Shown here in pieces: positions 37,424-48,475 of a stretch of DNA of 64,000 nucleotides. The position numbers and the translations under genes were made by a program. The stretch comes from Eledone cirrhosa (lineage: Eukaryota), in assembly GCA_964016885.1 (NCBI GenBank), contig OZ024757.1, positions 34,100,001-34,164,000 on the forward strand, given 5' to 3'. The notes beneath the pieces are model-generated. The model had not been told where the DNA came from. It saw only the letters and a list, made by a program, of their open reading frames with translations, and did not search any database. Every line of letters begins with the position of its first letter. Positions within the stretch are counted from its first letter, which is position 1.

Positions 37424-40400
37424 TATATAGACTAGTGTCTGTCATATATATTTTTACTAGTGTTCTCATCTTGGTTGTTATAGTCACATTTCAGCTGTTG
37501 TACCTTCCAGCCTTCTTAATATACTTGTTATATTTGGCAATGTTCTTGGGATTTCAAGACAAACCTGTTATTCAAACCATAAGTGCAAGTTGTTCTCATT
37601 CTGTCCTCGGTGGTCAAGGTAAGGTCAAGATCCCATACGGTCACAAATGACCACAGGATTTGCTCTCGGGGCAAAGTTGTTTGTGAAAGACCAGCAGTCA
37701 CCCATGCATCTGGTTTCCCTTCTCCATGGGAAAGGCAATGGCTGATACAGATTGGCACCGGTGATGTCACAACTCATTTCTAAAGCTGAGTAAATTGGAG
37801 CCACATGAAATAAAGGACACAATGCATCACCCAGTCTAAAGATTGAACTCACAATTGCAAGCCAAATGCTCTAACCACTAGGTTAGGGTAATTTCATATT
37901 AATTAGTTATTTGTGATGTCTACTTAAACTAGACTATATAATTTGTCCAAACCTTGCAGCAAGGCCAGCATTTGTGCCGTGGTTTTCTATGGCTGGATGC
38001 TCTTCCTAATGCCAATCACTTTACAGGGTGTACTGATTTCTTTTTTGTCATGGTATCAGCACAACCACCTTACAGAGTGAACTGACTGCCTTTTGTCATG
38101 GTACTAGTACAATGATTTTATAGGGTGGAGTGATTTTTGTTGTGACACTGGTACAACCACCTTACAGGGTGGACTGGCACCAGTACAACCACTTTACAGT
38201 ATGTACTGGGTACTTTTTGTCATGGCACCAGTACAACCACCTTACAATGTGTATTGGATACTTTTTGTCATGGTACCAGTACTACCACCTTACAGTGTGT
38301 TCTGGGTATTTTTTGTCATGGCACCTTACAGGATGGAGTAGATGATTCTTTTTATTATAATTATTTTAAAACCAGATTATTATATTATATAACTCTACTA
38401 CATTGATAAAGACTGGTTACATTATAATCTTATTTCAGATTTACCTTTTGATTAGTCATATCTGTTTGAACAGGATTACTTAACCTATATTTTCAATTAG
38501 AGATAAAACTTTCTTTGTGGTTCTTAACTACATATCATAACTTAGACTTTCTAACCTATTTTGTAATTTCAATTCTTGGCTTATGTTTTTTAGCTTCAAT
38601 AGCTATGTTATGGTTATGTGTGCCTTTTACTATAATTGTAATGTGTTGTTCTTGTTAAATGTGCATATTGATGCGAGTCAATGTACCCTCAGTTCTGACA
38701 CCAGTTTGATTTGTCAGGGCTGATAAGATTAGACCAAATGGTCTTACTCTTTGCCCCAGGATAAGAGGTATATGATTCATTTGGGACGCCACAGTCAGCG
38801 ACTCTTTTGCTCCTTTCCACACCTTGGATATTGTAGTTAAGATGAGGATCACTGCATCCATAGTTGAACAGAATAAAATTTTAAAACACCAGGAATTATC
38901 GGCAAACTATTTATTTTTGTTCGGCCTGTGGCGTATGAAATGTTTGTGGGAGGCTGGGTCACTAACAACGAAGTTCTTATCATTGTCGGCAGCTTGCTTT
39001 ACAGAGGTATTAGACAATGGATGTGAAGGTGCATGGTTATTCCAGCGCCTTAACCTCACCATCACCAGGCCTTATCAAGGTATCAGGTGATGCTTCTGGT
39101 GAGGGTGCTTGATGATTCCAGCACCTTAGCCTCACCATCACTCGGCCTCACCAAGGTATCAGGTGATGATCCTGGTGAAGGTACTTGGTTATTCCAGGGG
39201 CTTAGCGTCACTATCACCAAGCCATACTGAAGTATAGAGTGAAGCTCCTGGTGAGGGTGCTTGGTGATTCCATTGCCTTAGCCTCACCATCAATCACAGC
39301 AATGCTGCAAGTGTCTTGACTGCTTGCCTTAAAAATTATTAGAGGGAGGTTCCAGCACCTTGTGGTGGTGTGTGATTGAATATACAGGTCTTCTCGTCCC
39401 CAATTTTTCTTCCTAGTTCTCTTATTCTTCCTTATTTCTCCTTTTTCTTTTTAGTATAGCTATATTATGTGTATGTGTGTCTTTCTATAACTGTAAAGTG
39501 TTCATCACCGTCGCTTAACGTCTATCTTTCACGCTAGCATGTGTTAGACAGGATTGTCCCGCTTGAGGCAAGATTGGTCGGGTGATCGTGTCTTGCTAAT
39601 ATAGATCTGTTTCTGGCAGGTTTTCTACGGCTGGATGCCCTTCCTAACACCAACCACATTTACAGTGTGGACTGGGAGCCTTTTGTTGTTCTTGTTAAAT
39701 AGCTGTACATATATTTACTATTTTCAACTTCGCATAAGATATTCTTATATTTGGGGAATGTCATGTTATAATATTGCCAGAAATGTATAAGATATTCGTT
39801 TATGTTTTTATTCTTTTACTAGTTTCAGTCATTAGACTATGGCCCCGTTTAAGGTTGTTAGTTTTACTAGAGGAAATAAATATATTTTTAGAGTTCTTGA
39901 AAATCTTAATGAGAGAACTAAGTATATTTTTGAAAGGATTTAGTACATTGGTTATTATTGAGACGTTGATTTGGAATGCTGTCAGGGAAGGGCTGTATTA
40001 ATATTTTTCACCTTTAATAACTAGACAGATAAACAGGTAGCGTTTATACAATACACACAGGGTCCGGTATTATTCATATTAAATATACATAACTAATCCT
40101 CATCCCAACCTTCCAGCAACAACGAAAAAATCCCTGGAGTCTAACGAATGGCTCTGATGTTACAGCGAGTCTAAATACATATAACATATACAAGTATATA
40201 TATTCGGATGTATATACAAGTATATACATCCGAAGTACATATGGCTATATCTGTGCATAATCTACAAACACATATACACACTAAATACAGATGGATATAG
40301 ATGTGTATAATTTATACACACTAAATGCGTAACTCTATATGTATTATACACAAATATACACTAAACACATATAGATTTATACACAGTTGATATATATAAA

Positions 40401-40969
40401 TAGGTAAAGTGTGTGTAATTTAAACACCCATTCTAAGATATTATCTATCAATCGTCTGCAAATATCTCAATCGAACGGGCGACAAATTAGTGGTTTCGGA
40501 ATCGACATGACAATGCGACATACATATATATATATATAAGTGTGTGTGGGTGTGTGTAATTTTATATATATATATATATATAAACATCGTAAGTTTCTGT
40601 GCAATGAATAGATTTTGTGTACATAAAATACATATGTGTATGAAATTATAACGACATCTATGGTTGTGTATGTGTGCATCTGTGTGCGTGCGAGTGTAGC
40701 TGTCTGTATCTGTATCTGTTTGTGTGTGACAATGTATCATTGATTCGAGAGCCAAGTTTAGTAATTTAAGATCTTTTTTCATAGGGAAACTGCCGATAAA
40801 GCTTTACAAATTATTATATGGTATACAAATACAATATAACAGATCGATTCTTAAAAAAAATTAATATCGCGCTAAATAATTTAACACCGATGTTGCGTGA
40901 AAATATACGGTGAGATACACAGCAAGATGAAAATAATGCGGATTGCCTGAATAATTATTACGCATTTAC

Positions 40970-41135
40970 CGTATTTCAAGTGTATAATCCCATGATATGC
41001 AATGAAACCAATGACCATAATAAATGCGACAATTTTTGCATTCTCAACATTGAGGTAGTGAGTTATTTCGTGTGTAGCAGATGTGTTTCTGGGTGTTGTA
41101 CTTGTTTGTCTGCTGCTACAATGTGGGTCCGCCAT
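40970..41135 (-). CDS. CASD1: CASD1 exon 1 (MADPHCSS...HEITHYLNVENAKIVAFIMVIGFIAYHGIIHLKY)
   Basis: ATG at 41135. Resembles the CASD1 N-terminus (EINHYFSVRSAK plus a TM segment). Donor G|gtaaat, phase 1. Confidence 0.88.
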
Positions 41136-41520
41136 TCCGCGTGTTACCCAATTATCTGCCCTTGATTATCGCTCTTCACAAAAATATTCAGTCCACCAGT
41201 TTTTTTTCTCCCTTTATTTTCATCATCTGAAAAGTCATATCTATCAAAATCTCTGACACTTTTTAATGCTTCCCGTAACGCATGCCAGATGTCCAAATAC
41301 TGGGACTTGACCGGTCGCTATCCAGATATAGGGTGTCCTCCTCGGTCCCCGAACTGCCGTTATCTTCTCGCAAAACGTGGAGGAGTGGATCCCACCTGAG
41401 AAAAGAGGCTGATGCAACGGGTGTCGCTGGCTGTTCTCTGCGGCAATGTTTTCGTCATTTTGTCAGCGGTGTGTTACTGAGATATACTGCTCAGATCAGA
41501 GTGTAGAGTTTGTGCTCTTT
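41136..41520. promoter_or_regulatory. CpG-enriched 5' UTR/promoter region of CASD1, possibly shared with MRPL23
   Basis: Locally GC/CpG-rich unique sequence directly upstream of the CASD1 ATG and 1.8 kb from the divergent MRPL23 ATG. Confidence 0.55.
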
Positions 41521-42971
41521 ACCCACCTTCCTCTTACTTTCATTATTTAATTTTCAAATTGACAGAACATTTAGAATATCACTTTGCGGTATTCATTCAG
41601 GCCCTCTCTGCCCTGAGTTCAAACCACGCCAGGATCAACTTTACCTTTGATCCTTTCGATGTCGATAAATAAAGTACCACTTTAGTACCGGAGTCGATTC
41701 TTTCTGCTTGAGAAGGACGATCTTTATATCACTACAGCGCAATTCCAACTGAATGAGGAATTACGCGTGATTATGTCCCTATTCATGTAGTTAATTGAAT
41801 TTTGACGAATAAAAACCACCGATACGCTCATATTAAAATTGAAACGCTACTGGCGGCTCACCTAACCGAAGTAACTGGTGATGCTCGTGAGGGCACTTGG
41901 CTGTTTCGGCACATCAGTCTCCCCATCACCCGAGGTAACGCTGCGAACGTGCTGGCTGGCCTAAAAAATTATTAGAGAGGTTGATTCCAGTGCTTCTCGC
42001 GATATCATTTCTTGTGGCAGTGGTTCGTTTGTCCATCCCTTTCGCTTGCCGTTTGAATGTATGTAGGTCTTAGATGTGTAGTGGTACTTGCTTGTTTGTT
42101 TGTTTTCTCTTTCTTTTCCTTTTCTTTTTTTTATTTATGTTATTTATACAATTGTCAATAAAGCTGACCTAACTTTCTGAAAACAAACAAACAATAAAAA
42201 TGTTTTGTAGACAAGCCAAGCACTCCTGAAGTTAAAGTATATTCTTCTAGCTCCCAAATATAATTGTGAGGAGTTTTATTTATAAATCAATAAACATATC
42301 AATACAATTTATATAATGGTTTTTCATGTATGTACAAGGTCAACAATGTTAGAGGGGGGGGGGAGAAGAAAGACGATTATATCGATCTCAGTGCATTACT
42401 GGTGCTTTATTTTATCGACCCCGTGAGGATGAAAGGCAAAGCTAACCTCAGCAGAATTTGAATTCTGGTTTCCAACAATTTGGAGGGGGAAAGAAGAAAG
42501 ACGATTATATCGACTCAGTATTTGACTGGTACTTTATTTTATCGACACAGGAAGGATAAGAAACAAAGTTGACCTTAGCAGGATTTGAACTCTGAACTGA
42601 AAAGGCCGTAACTAAATGCCGCAAAATATTTTGTCCGATGCTTTGACGATTCTTCTGATCCATTTTAATAAAGCAATAGCGATAGAAAGGGGTAAAAAAT
42701 CAATTAAATCAATTTATTTTAACGATCCCCGGAAGGATGAAAGACAAAGTTGACCTCGGAGTGATTTGAATTCAGAATGTAAAGAGCCGGAACAAATACA
42801 GCAAAACATTTCGTTCGATGCTTTGGCTATTCTGCTGATCCACTTTAAAAATAATAACAACAACAAAAAACTGTTTCTAAAATTATTTGTCTGAGATGAG
42901 GTTGAAGTAGCTAAATATTCGATCCAAAGGACATAACTCTGCTTTCTTCTTTATACATCAGAATAAACAGC

Positions 42972-42985
42972 ATGGCGTACCGACT
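42972..42985 (+). CDS. MRPL23: MRPL23 coding exon 1 (MAYR-L)
   Basis: cagcATGGCGTACCGACT|gtgagt. Phase 2 matches the next exon, but the exon is short so homology support is weak. Confidence 0.7.
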
Positions 42986-43259
42986 GTGAGTATTAATCAT
43001 CGGCTTAAGAGATACATTAACATATACATTGAAATTTACACATCTGTTTTCTAAATGCTATTTTAACCTCTCGTAAAATATTCCTAATTCTTCTCAGTCT
43101 ATCTTTAAGCTTTGTTCTTCGCAGAACTAAAGGTTAGTTTTGGTTCTAAAACAAACAAAACATCTCCAATGCCTATTTATCTCTTGTTTATCAAAATTCG
43201 AATAACAGTCTGATAAATATATATTATTGAGTGTGTGTATATATATTTATAATTATTGA

Positions 43260-43319
<60 letters not shown>

Positions 43320-43323
43320 ATTC

Positions 43324-43370
43324 TTGTCTGATGATTCTGAGAGTACGTAAATGAAACTCCAGAGTAACAA
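43324..43370 (+). ncRNA. Minimal type I hammerhead-like motif
   Basis: ttgt-CTGATGA-[weak stem II]-GAAA-ctc-ca-gag-TA-acaa. Stems I and III are intact; stem II is degraded. Confidence 0.55.
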
Positions 43371-45020
43371 CTCATCACTTAGCCATAATAAATATGTTCT
43401 TTATTAACCACAATAATAATAATGGTGGTGATGATGATGGTGATTTCCTTCGAATGAAACGGTTCTAGTCCTGTAGAAGCTATTTCTTTATTGAATTTAT
43501 TATATATATATATATATATAAATATAAATGTGTGTGTGTGTTACATTTGTAATATACAGTCAAAGAAATATATTGTCCGCAGTAGTTTATCTAAGCATCT
43601 CAAACGAACAGTCTTCACCGTTTTTAAACAAGGACACGAGCCTGGATACTCCTAAAGGTTAGGACGGGAATGCTTATTGATCTGAACAAATATTTAAAAA
43701 TAAACATATAACAACATCCCAGATCGTACTCATTCGAATGTTTATCCCACTGATGTTGGAAGGATCACACATATTTATTCTAACCTTTTATGTAAATAAA
43801 TAAATTACCAGTTAAAGATATTCATCTAGTTTACCGTATTTTTATATTTATTTTATTTTAGGAAATATGTAGTGCATTTTTATTATCACATCTGTCTCCA
43901 AGACGTGTGTAATAGTAATTATTTTTTAATTTTAAGAGTAGTTGGTTGGTAGTTAGAATTTTGAAGGTGAAATTTGCATTATTATGATTTTTGAACGTAT
44001 ATGGACTTCAAAATTAACAACTCCATAACATCGGTCTCTTGAAAAGTCCAAAACAGCACTATTACCTGCATCACATTAAATATTCAAGTCTTTGCTTCAC
44101 CCTAATACTACACATTTTCACAATAATGTGTCCACAAGTAAAGATAATGTAAACATTCGAATCAACAAAACCGTGTGAAAATACGTTAGCGACAGTTTCG
44201 ATCCCTACGGACAGTACTGATAGTCTATTTGGGACCACAGGGTACAACAGGATAGTCAAACACTGTCCTGGAGTCTTTTAAAGGGTGAAAACGAAGCAGA
44301 ACCTTTGTAAAATTACAGGGCAAAGACAAAATACGTACATACGTATACAATTAAATGTTCAACATGTAAGTGGAACATATGTATATATGCAGAGTGCTCC
44401 CCAAAAATGTATACATACTTCAACAGCATTCTAATAAATATTTCTTGTACAGGTTATCAAAGTGTGTATACATTTTTGGGGTACACCCTGTATGTGTGTG
44501 TGTATATATATATATATCATCATCATCATTTCATTTTACGTCCACTTTTCCCTGCTTGCAAGGGTGGGACGGGAACTGATTCTGGCTTGATTTCTACAGC
44601 TGGATGCCCTTCCTAACACCAACCTCATTTACTGGGGTCCCTACCATTCCACTGCATAGTGGTCGTGGAGGTGCCACAGCAAAAAAGTACCCAGCACTCA
44701 CTGTAAATGAGGTTGGTGTTAGGAAGGGCATCCAGCTGTAAAAATTAAGCCAGAATCAGTTCCCGTCCCACCCTTGCAAGCAGGGAAAAGTGGACGTAAA
44801 ATGAAATGGTGATGATGATACACCAAAAGGTGCAGAAGAACCTAAGACTAAGATATATATATATATGTATGTGTGATAACAAGCTGAAACCAAAGAGTTT
44901 GCAGTTGGATCTTACCTCATCAACATATGAGTGTGTGTGTCTGTTTATATATATATATGTCTGTGTGTATATATTTATATATATATAATTAATGTATTTT
45001 TTGTTTATTGCCGTACATAG

Positions 45021-45170
45021 GCCCCTATGGAAAAAGTCTCTTCCTAATTATCCAATATATTGGAAAGGTGATCCACAACATAATTTATTTCTTCCACAAT
45101 ATTGGATGAAGATGATAAAACCGAAAAGAAAAGTTCCCTCCCACACAGTTCATTTCATTGTACATCCACA
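45021..45170 (+). CDS. MRPL23: MRPL23 exon 2 (PLWKKSLPNYPIYWKGDPQHNLFLPQYWMKMIKP…VHFIVHPQ)
   Basis: catag| acceptor, |gtaagt donor. Matches YPLYRLGGPQLRVF…TVQFRIP. Confidence 0.92.
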
Positions 45171-46104
45171 GTAAGTGATATTTTTGTCTATCTGTATTTC
45201 AAACCCTCTCAGAAATTCGTAAGGACACCTTCAGAAATGCAAACCCTGGTATACAACAAAGTGAACTGGAATATCTTTAATTATTTATGTCTGCTGAATC
45301 AGAGCTGACCTGAGGCTAAGCATTAACAATATTCTCATATTCTTTTACTGGTTTCAATCATTAGACTGTGGCCATGCTGGAGCACTGCCTTTAACTCAGC
45401 CATATCAGCTTCAATACTTATTTTTTTCAAGTCTGGTACTTATCTAAAGAGTAAAGTGCACCTCCACCCACCTTGGCTTCAAATCACTAGGTTAATTTTT
45501 AGCCTGTGTTAAGAAGAGAGAAGGAATAGAGCATGAGGCTAGCAGCCTTATGTCCATTAATGAAAACTGATTAACCCTTTAGCATTCAAACTGGTCGTAA
45601 ATGGCTGCTCATACTGACGTTAAGGTATTGTTCTCAAAATGAATAACATCAAAATCTCGTAGATTTGTTATTATGTGAGACAATTATGTAAGATAAAGCC
45701 TTTACCACAAAAAATACAATACAGAGTAATGTAAAGGGTTAATGAAAGAAATGGCCTGGGAGTATTCTTGTGACAAGGCTTGCAGATATGTGGAATGGAG
45801 ATCTCTCATTACCCAATGCTCTATGAGGAGCTAAAGGAACTAAAGAAGAAGAAAGTATTGATTTTATTGATCTCTTTGTCTAACCACTAAGTTACAATAC
45901 ATCAGCCATAATAGACCCAATGATAGGTCTGTGGCTTATTACATTGCCTACATCCTGAACAGAGCCTCTGGTTATGAGATCTGGATAGGAGAGCTTGTGA
46001 CATCTTTAGCTTTTGACAGATGTTGGTTTTCAATCCACATCTGTATGTCACTCATTACATTGCCTAGATCCTGAATATTAACCCGTTAGCATTTAAACCA
46101 GCCG

Positions 46105-46312
46105 TATGAAGAAGTACCAGGAAATGCCAGTTGAAGGAAGAGGTAGACCACGAAAAACATGAGCGGAAATGGTGAGAACAGACCTCAGATTGCTGAAGCT
46201 CACGGTGGAGATGACGAAGGACCATGACGAGTGGAGAGATGCTGTGCTGAATAAGACCTGTCCCAGCCTTGCAAGCAGGGAAAAGCGGATGTAAAATGAT
46301 GATGATGATGAT
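46105..46312 (+). mobile_element. RTE-clade LINE 3' end with (TGA)n tail, inserted in a piggyBac-type MITE
   Basis: GRGRPRKT*AEMVRTDL…DHDEWRDAV, followed by ccttgcaagcagggaaaagcggatgtaaaa(tga)n. Related fragments at about 51790-52215 and 60720-60975. Confidence 0.75.
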
Positions 46313-46709
46313 GTATCTGGCCAGAATTCTCTCACCTTTTTCTGTTCAAACTTGTCGTAACTAGTCACTCAAACTGATATTAAGGTATTGTTCTCAAAAT
46401 AAATAATATCAAAATCTAATTGATTCGATATTATGTGAGATAAAGTTTTTACTACAAAAATATAATGGTATATATATATAGAGTAAATTAAATGCTAAAG
46501 AGTTAATACCAGAGTGTCTGGCTATGACATCTGGATAGGAGATCTTGCAACCTCTTGGGCTTTTGACATGTTCATTTCATAAGCATTAAAGGAGACATGG
46601 CTTCGTTTGAGGTGCAGTGGCAATGGCCTTCAAATCTCAGCCTCCTCTTTTGCATAAACAGACATGGATATACACACATACATTGTGATCATCTACTTTT
46701 CTCTTGTAG

Positions 46710-46792
46710 GATGAGTAAAATTGATGTCAAAAACTATTTAGAGAAGATCTATAAAGTCCCAGTTATGGCTGTTTCAACTAAAGTTTTTCAAG
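46710..46792 (+). CDS. MRPL23: MRPL23 exon 3 (MSKIDVKNYLEKIYKVPVMAVSTKVFQ)
   Basis: ttgtag| acceptor, |gtaagt donor. uL23 core motif. Confidence 0.96.
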
Positions 46793-47631
46793 GTAAGTTA
46801 TATATATATTATCAGTATCACTGTTTAACGTCCATTTTTTCCAGGCTAGAATGAGTTAGACGACTTGTCTTATTGTGAGACAAATCCGATCAGTTACCCG
46901 TGTCTTATTCATACAGAAATTTTGGCTTGGTTTCTATGGCTGGATACCCTTCCTAATGCCAAGCACATTTACAGCGTGGTATGGGTGCTTTTTATTGTGG
47001 TAACAAAACGACCAACTGACAGGTATGCATATATATATATATTTATGTATATATATAAACTTAAGAAAATTAAGAAAGAAAGGACAAGACAACAAATGGA
47101 AACAAAACAAAAAACAATTTTTAAGGGGAAACCTTAAAAAATTATTTTTTTTAAATAAATATACAAACGAAGGATACAGCACTTCATGGTCATTGGCTGT
47201 TGAGATGGACTTAGACAGTTTCGACCCCTACCAACACATCTGCTGGTCGATCCGGGGTCACAGTGTCTAACATAAGCCAAACGCTGTCCAAAGGAGTAAG
47301 AGATGGAAGACAAACATTAATTTATAGCCGTTAAGCTACCAAAAAAACATACAATTTTGTGTGATGTTAGGGAAATGTCTGGTGTCTCACATAGCACGTG
47401 AAACATGAAATAAAGAGAAAAAAAGAAAAGAAAAGCAAGAAGAAAGTAATGATAGGAGCAATACACTTATGGTTAAGGCTGCACATGTCTGTGTAATGTT
47501 CAACCATTTATACATTAATTTTACAAGCAGAGCAGTTCCATTGATTGAATCAACTGGAGCCCTTGTTTTTGGAAAAAATAGATCTCCAGCCAACAACATT
47601 CCATTGATAATTGTCTTTTTTTTCTATCCAG

Positions 47632-47708
47632 GTGAAGGAAAGAAACATCCAGAAAAAAGATATGTGGCTTTCCGAGAGGAGGACTACAAAATGGCATTTG
47701 TCCAGTTG
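47632..47708 (+). CDS. MRPL23: MRPL23 exon 4 (GEGKKHPEKRYVAFREEDYKMAFVQL)
   Basis: tatccag| acceptor, |gttagt donor. Matches the DYKVAYVQL motif. Confidence 0.94.
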
Positions 47709-47959
47709 GTTAGTAAAATACCTTTGATATGTGTGTAGTGGGTGTTGTATTGTTGAAAGAGTTATCCTGCTTGAATGTCTATAGAAAAACTCTCAACACA
47801 TATGGTCATGCATGTTTAAACAACATACAGGTATTGTTCAAAATAAATAATATCAAAATCTCATAGATTTGATATTATGTGAGATAAAGTATAACATGGA
47901 AAGAGATAGAAGGCTAAACAATGCAAAATGGACTGTAAGATGAGGTAACAAAAAAGTTA

Positions 47960-48235
47960 CCTAGTAATCTTCAGGTTTTAAGGAACTTTCAGAGGATAAT
48001 TGGGTATAATCAGTGTAGTTTTTGCTGATGTTGTTTCTTTTGTATTGATAGTACTTTTCGTAATTGTGTGCAGTGCCTAGTAGTGCTACCTTTTGTATGT
48101 TGTATATATTTGTAAGTCTTTGGGTTTTGGCAATGTATTTGTCTGTATGTTTTTTTATCATTCCTAGGGCACCTATTATTGTAACTTTGATAACTTTGTA
48201 GGTATTGTTTCTGTTTTCATTTTCCACATTCAAGT
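47960..48235 (-). mobile_element. R4/Dong-like restriction-endonuclease LINE C-terminal fragment
   Basis: IIGALGMIKK…IQKVALLGTAH motif typical of R4/Dong ORF ends. Confidence 0.65.
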
Positions 48236-48277
48236 TATCTCTTATTATTATTGTTATTTTTTCTTTTATTCCCCTAG

Positions 48278-48433
48278 GGTGGAGATCATACATTTGAATT
48301 TCCTGACATTTTTAGTGGGAAGGAAACTAATATAGAGAAAGAAATGGAAGAATTCAAAAATGTCAAGAAAGAACAGAAAATTACTGAACAAAAACACTGG
48401 AGCAAACTTTCAATACCTCCATGGTTTAGATAA
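48278..48433 (+). CDS. MRPL23: MRPL23 exon 5 (GGDHTFEFPDIF…SIPPWFR*)
   Basis: ccctag| acceptor, TAA stop at 48431-48433. Matches TFTFPDLF…VPSWF. Confidence 0.94.
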   Translation, partial: GGDHTFEFPDIFSGKETNIEKEMEEFKNVKKEQKITEQKHWSKLSIPPWFR

Positions 48434-48469
48434 TAATACTCACCTTCCTAAATATTACAGTTTAACATT

Positions 48470-48475
48470 AATAAA
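48470..48475 (+). terminator. Candidate MRPL23 polyadenylation signal AATAAA
   Basis: First AATAAA, 37 nt after the stop, followed by a T-rich tract. Confidence 0.55.

Larger units (their letters stand above)
504..41135 (-). other. CASD1: CASD1 gene span (18 coding exons in the window; 3' exons lie beyond the left edge)
   Basis: Spliced exons give 2001 nt (667 codons) with no stop. They are colinear with animal CASD1 and include the GDSRIRQ and DGLH motifs plus the membrane-domain motifs [19 protein letters not shown] and FRWQLDRY. Confidence 0.96.
42972..48433 (+). other. MRPL23: MRPL23 gene span (5 coding exons, 159 aa)
   Basis: Exons splice to 480 nt including the stop. Carries uL23m motifs MSKIDVKNYLEKIYKVPV, DYKMAFVQL, TFEFPDIF and a C-terminal PPWF. 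Confidence 0.95.

Noticed and set aside
41282-41506. 74-aa plus-strand ORF between CASD1 and MRPL23
   Set aside because: Lies in the GC-rich promoter region where stops are rarer; no homology or splice support.
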